DNA of 64,000 nt from assembly GCA_046263085.1 (NCBI GenBank), contig JBHELK010000119.1:18109-82108 (forward strand), given 5' to 3'. A program made the position numbers and the translations under genes. The stretch is from Actinomycetota bacterium. Lineage in GTDB: Bacteria > Actinomycetota > UBA4738 > JACQTL01. Below, piece after piece: positions 63,694 through 64,000 of the stretch. The first letter of the stretch is position 1; every line of letters starts with the position of its first letter. The notes under the pieces were generated by a model. That model was not told where the DNA came from, made no database searches, and saw only the letters and a program-made list of their open reading frames with translations.

Positions 63694-63852
63694 ATGGCGA
63701 GGATCAGGTTCCGTCCGCCCGGGTTGAAGCCCTGGACGAAGGTCGGGCATCTCGGCCCGTACCGCGGGAGGCTCGGCCTCGCGTGGGTGGTCGCGCCGCT
63801 CGTGGCCGGCCTGATCATCGTGGCCGCCGGCTGGGCCCTGCTCTCGCGCTAG
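63694..63852 (+). CDS. Possible small membrane protein (53 aa)
   Basis: Single TM helix (LGLAWVVAPLVAGLIIVAAGWALL). The stop overlaps the stop of the convergent amidase-like gene. Evidence is weak. Confidence 0.25.
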   Translation: MARIRFRPPGLKPWTKVGHLGPYRGRLGLAWVVAPLVAGLIIVAAGWALLSR

Positions 63853-64000
63853 GAGACCGGCGGGCGGCGGTCCCGCCATGGCCGCGCCGCTTCCAGCTGA
63901 GCGGAGAGCCGGATCAACGTCGCTTCCTCCGCGGGCCGCCCCACGATCTGCACGCCGGCCGGGAGGTCGTGCTCGTCCCAGGCAAGAGGAACGGACACTC
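63849..64000 (-). CDS. C-terminal end of an amidase-signature family protein (GatA-like). The N-terminus lies beyond the window.
   Basis: The reverse-strand frame gives ...VSVPLAWDEHDLPAGVQIVGRPAEEATLIRLSAQLEAARPW...*, which resembles amidase/GatA C-termini (..GLPVGLQ(L)IG.P..E..LL..A..). Confidence 0.45.
   Translation of the reverse strand, partial: VSVPLAWDEHDLPAGVQIVGRPAEEATLIRLSAQLEAARPWRDRRPPVS

Noticed and set aside
60274-63852. 1192 aa plus-strand ORF
   Set aside because: It is antisense to sucD, sucC, the B12-binding gene and the secreted hypothetical gene. Its translation is featureless and Arg/Gly-rich. Only its last 53 codons are kept as a low-confidence small ORF.
1-64000. tRNA, rRNA and CRISPR features
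   Set aside because: I scanned the larger intergenic regions (14975-15106, 23772-23852, 29730-29909, 51561-51671, 58925-58991, 63609-63694) for cloverleaf-like acceptor stems, T-loop GTTCRANYC motifs and regularly spaced direct repeats. None were found. The only repeats are the hairpin elements and the heptamer array reported above.

Overview
Chromosomal window with very high GC (roughly 70% by eye) and actinobacterial-type gene content. Likely source is an uncultured high-GC actinobacterium, but this is an inference from sequence alone. Spurious ORFs occur in all six frames, so CDS calls rest on recognisable protein families and signal peptides rather than ORF length.

Housekeeping genes are well supported. 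They include an acyl-CoA carboxylase alpha subunit, pyrD and pyrE, an AI-2E transporter, mdh-marR-pgi-pgl, a purN-purH-folD-metF one-carbon operon, citrate synthase, sucC and sucD, and a standalone B12-binding mutase subunit. A large adenylate-cyclase/LAL-type regulator (partial at the 5' edge) is also present, as are a GAF-GGDEF-HD-GYP c-di-GMP turnover protein and a DUF222/HNH endonuclease.

The most interesting region is a roughly 23 kb accessory island from about 28.2 to 51.6 kb:
- It encodes at least ten signal-peptide-bearing paralogous beta-propeller proteins with LVIVD-type repeats.
- Other members are an SGDH-like propeller with a cupredoxin-like domain, a double-cupredoxin protein, a protein with a lysyl-oxidase-like His-rich copper motif, an M28 peptidase and an S8 subtilase.
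- Four of these proteins share an undescribed ~300 aa module ending in an 'ACFGxxCG' motif.
- The island's promoter regions carry four copies of a 16-bp palindrome, TTGTGCA-N2-TGCACAA, which looks like the operator of a regulator not encoded in the window.

Other observations are a repeated GGGGAGGGG-NNN-CCCCTCCCC hairpin element at two distant intergenic sites, a (CCGCGGG)n tandem repeat, and frequent ATGA/GTGA start-stop overlaps.
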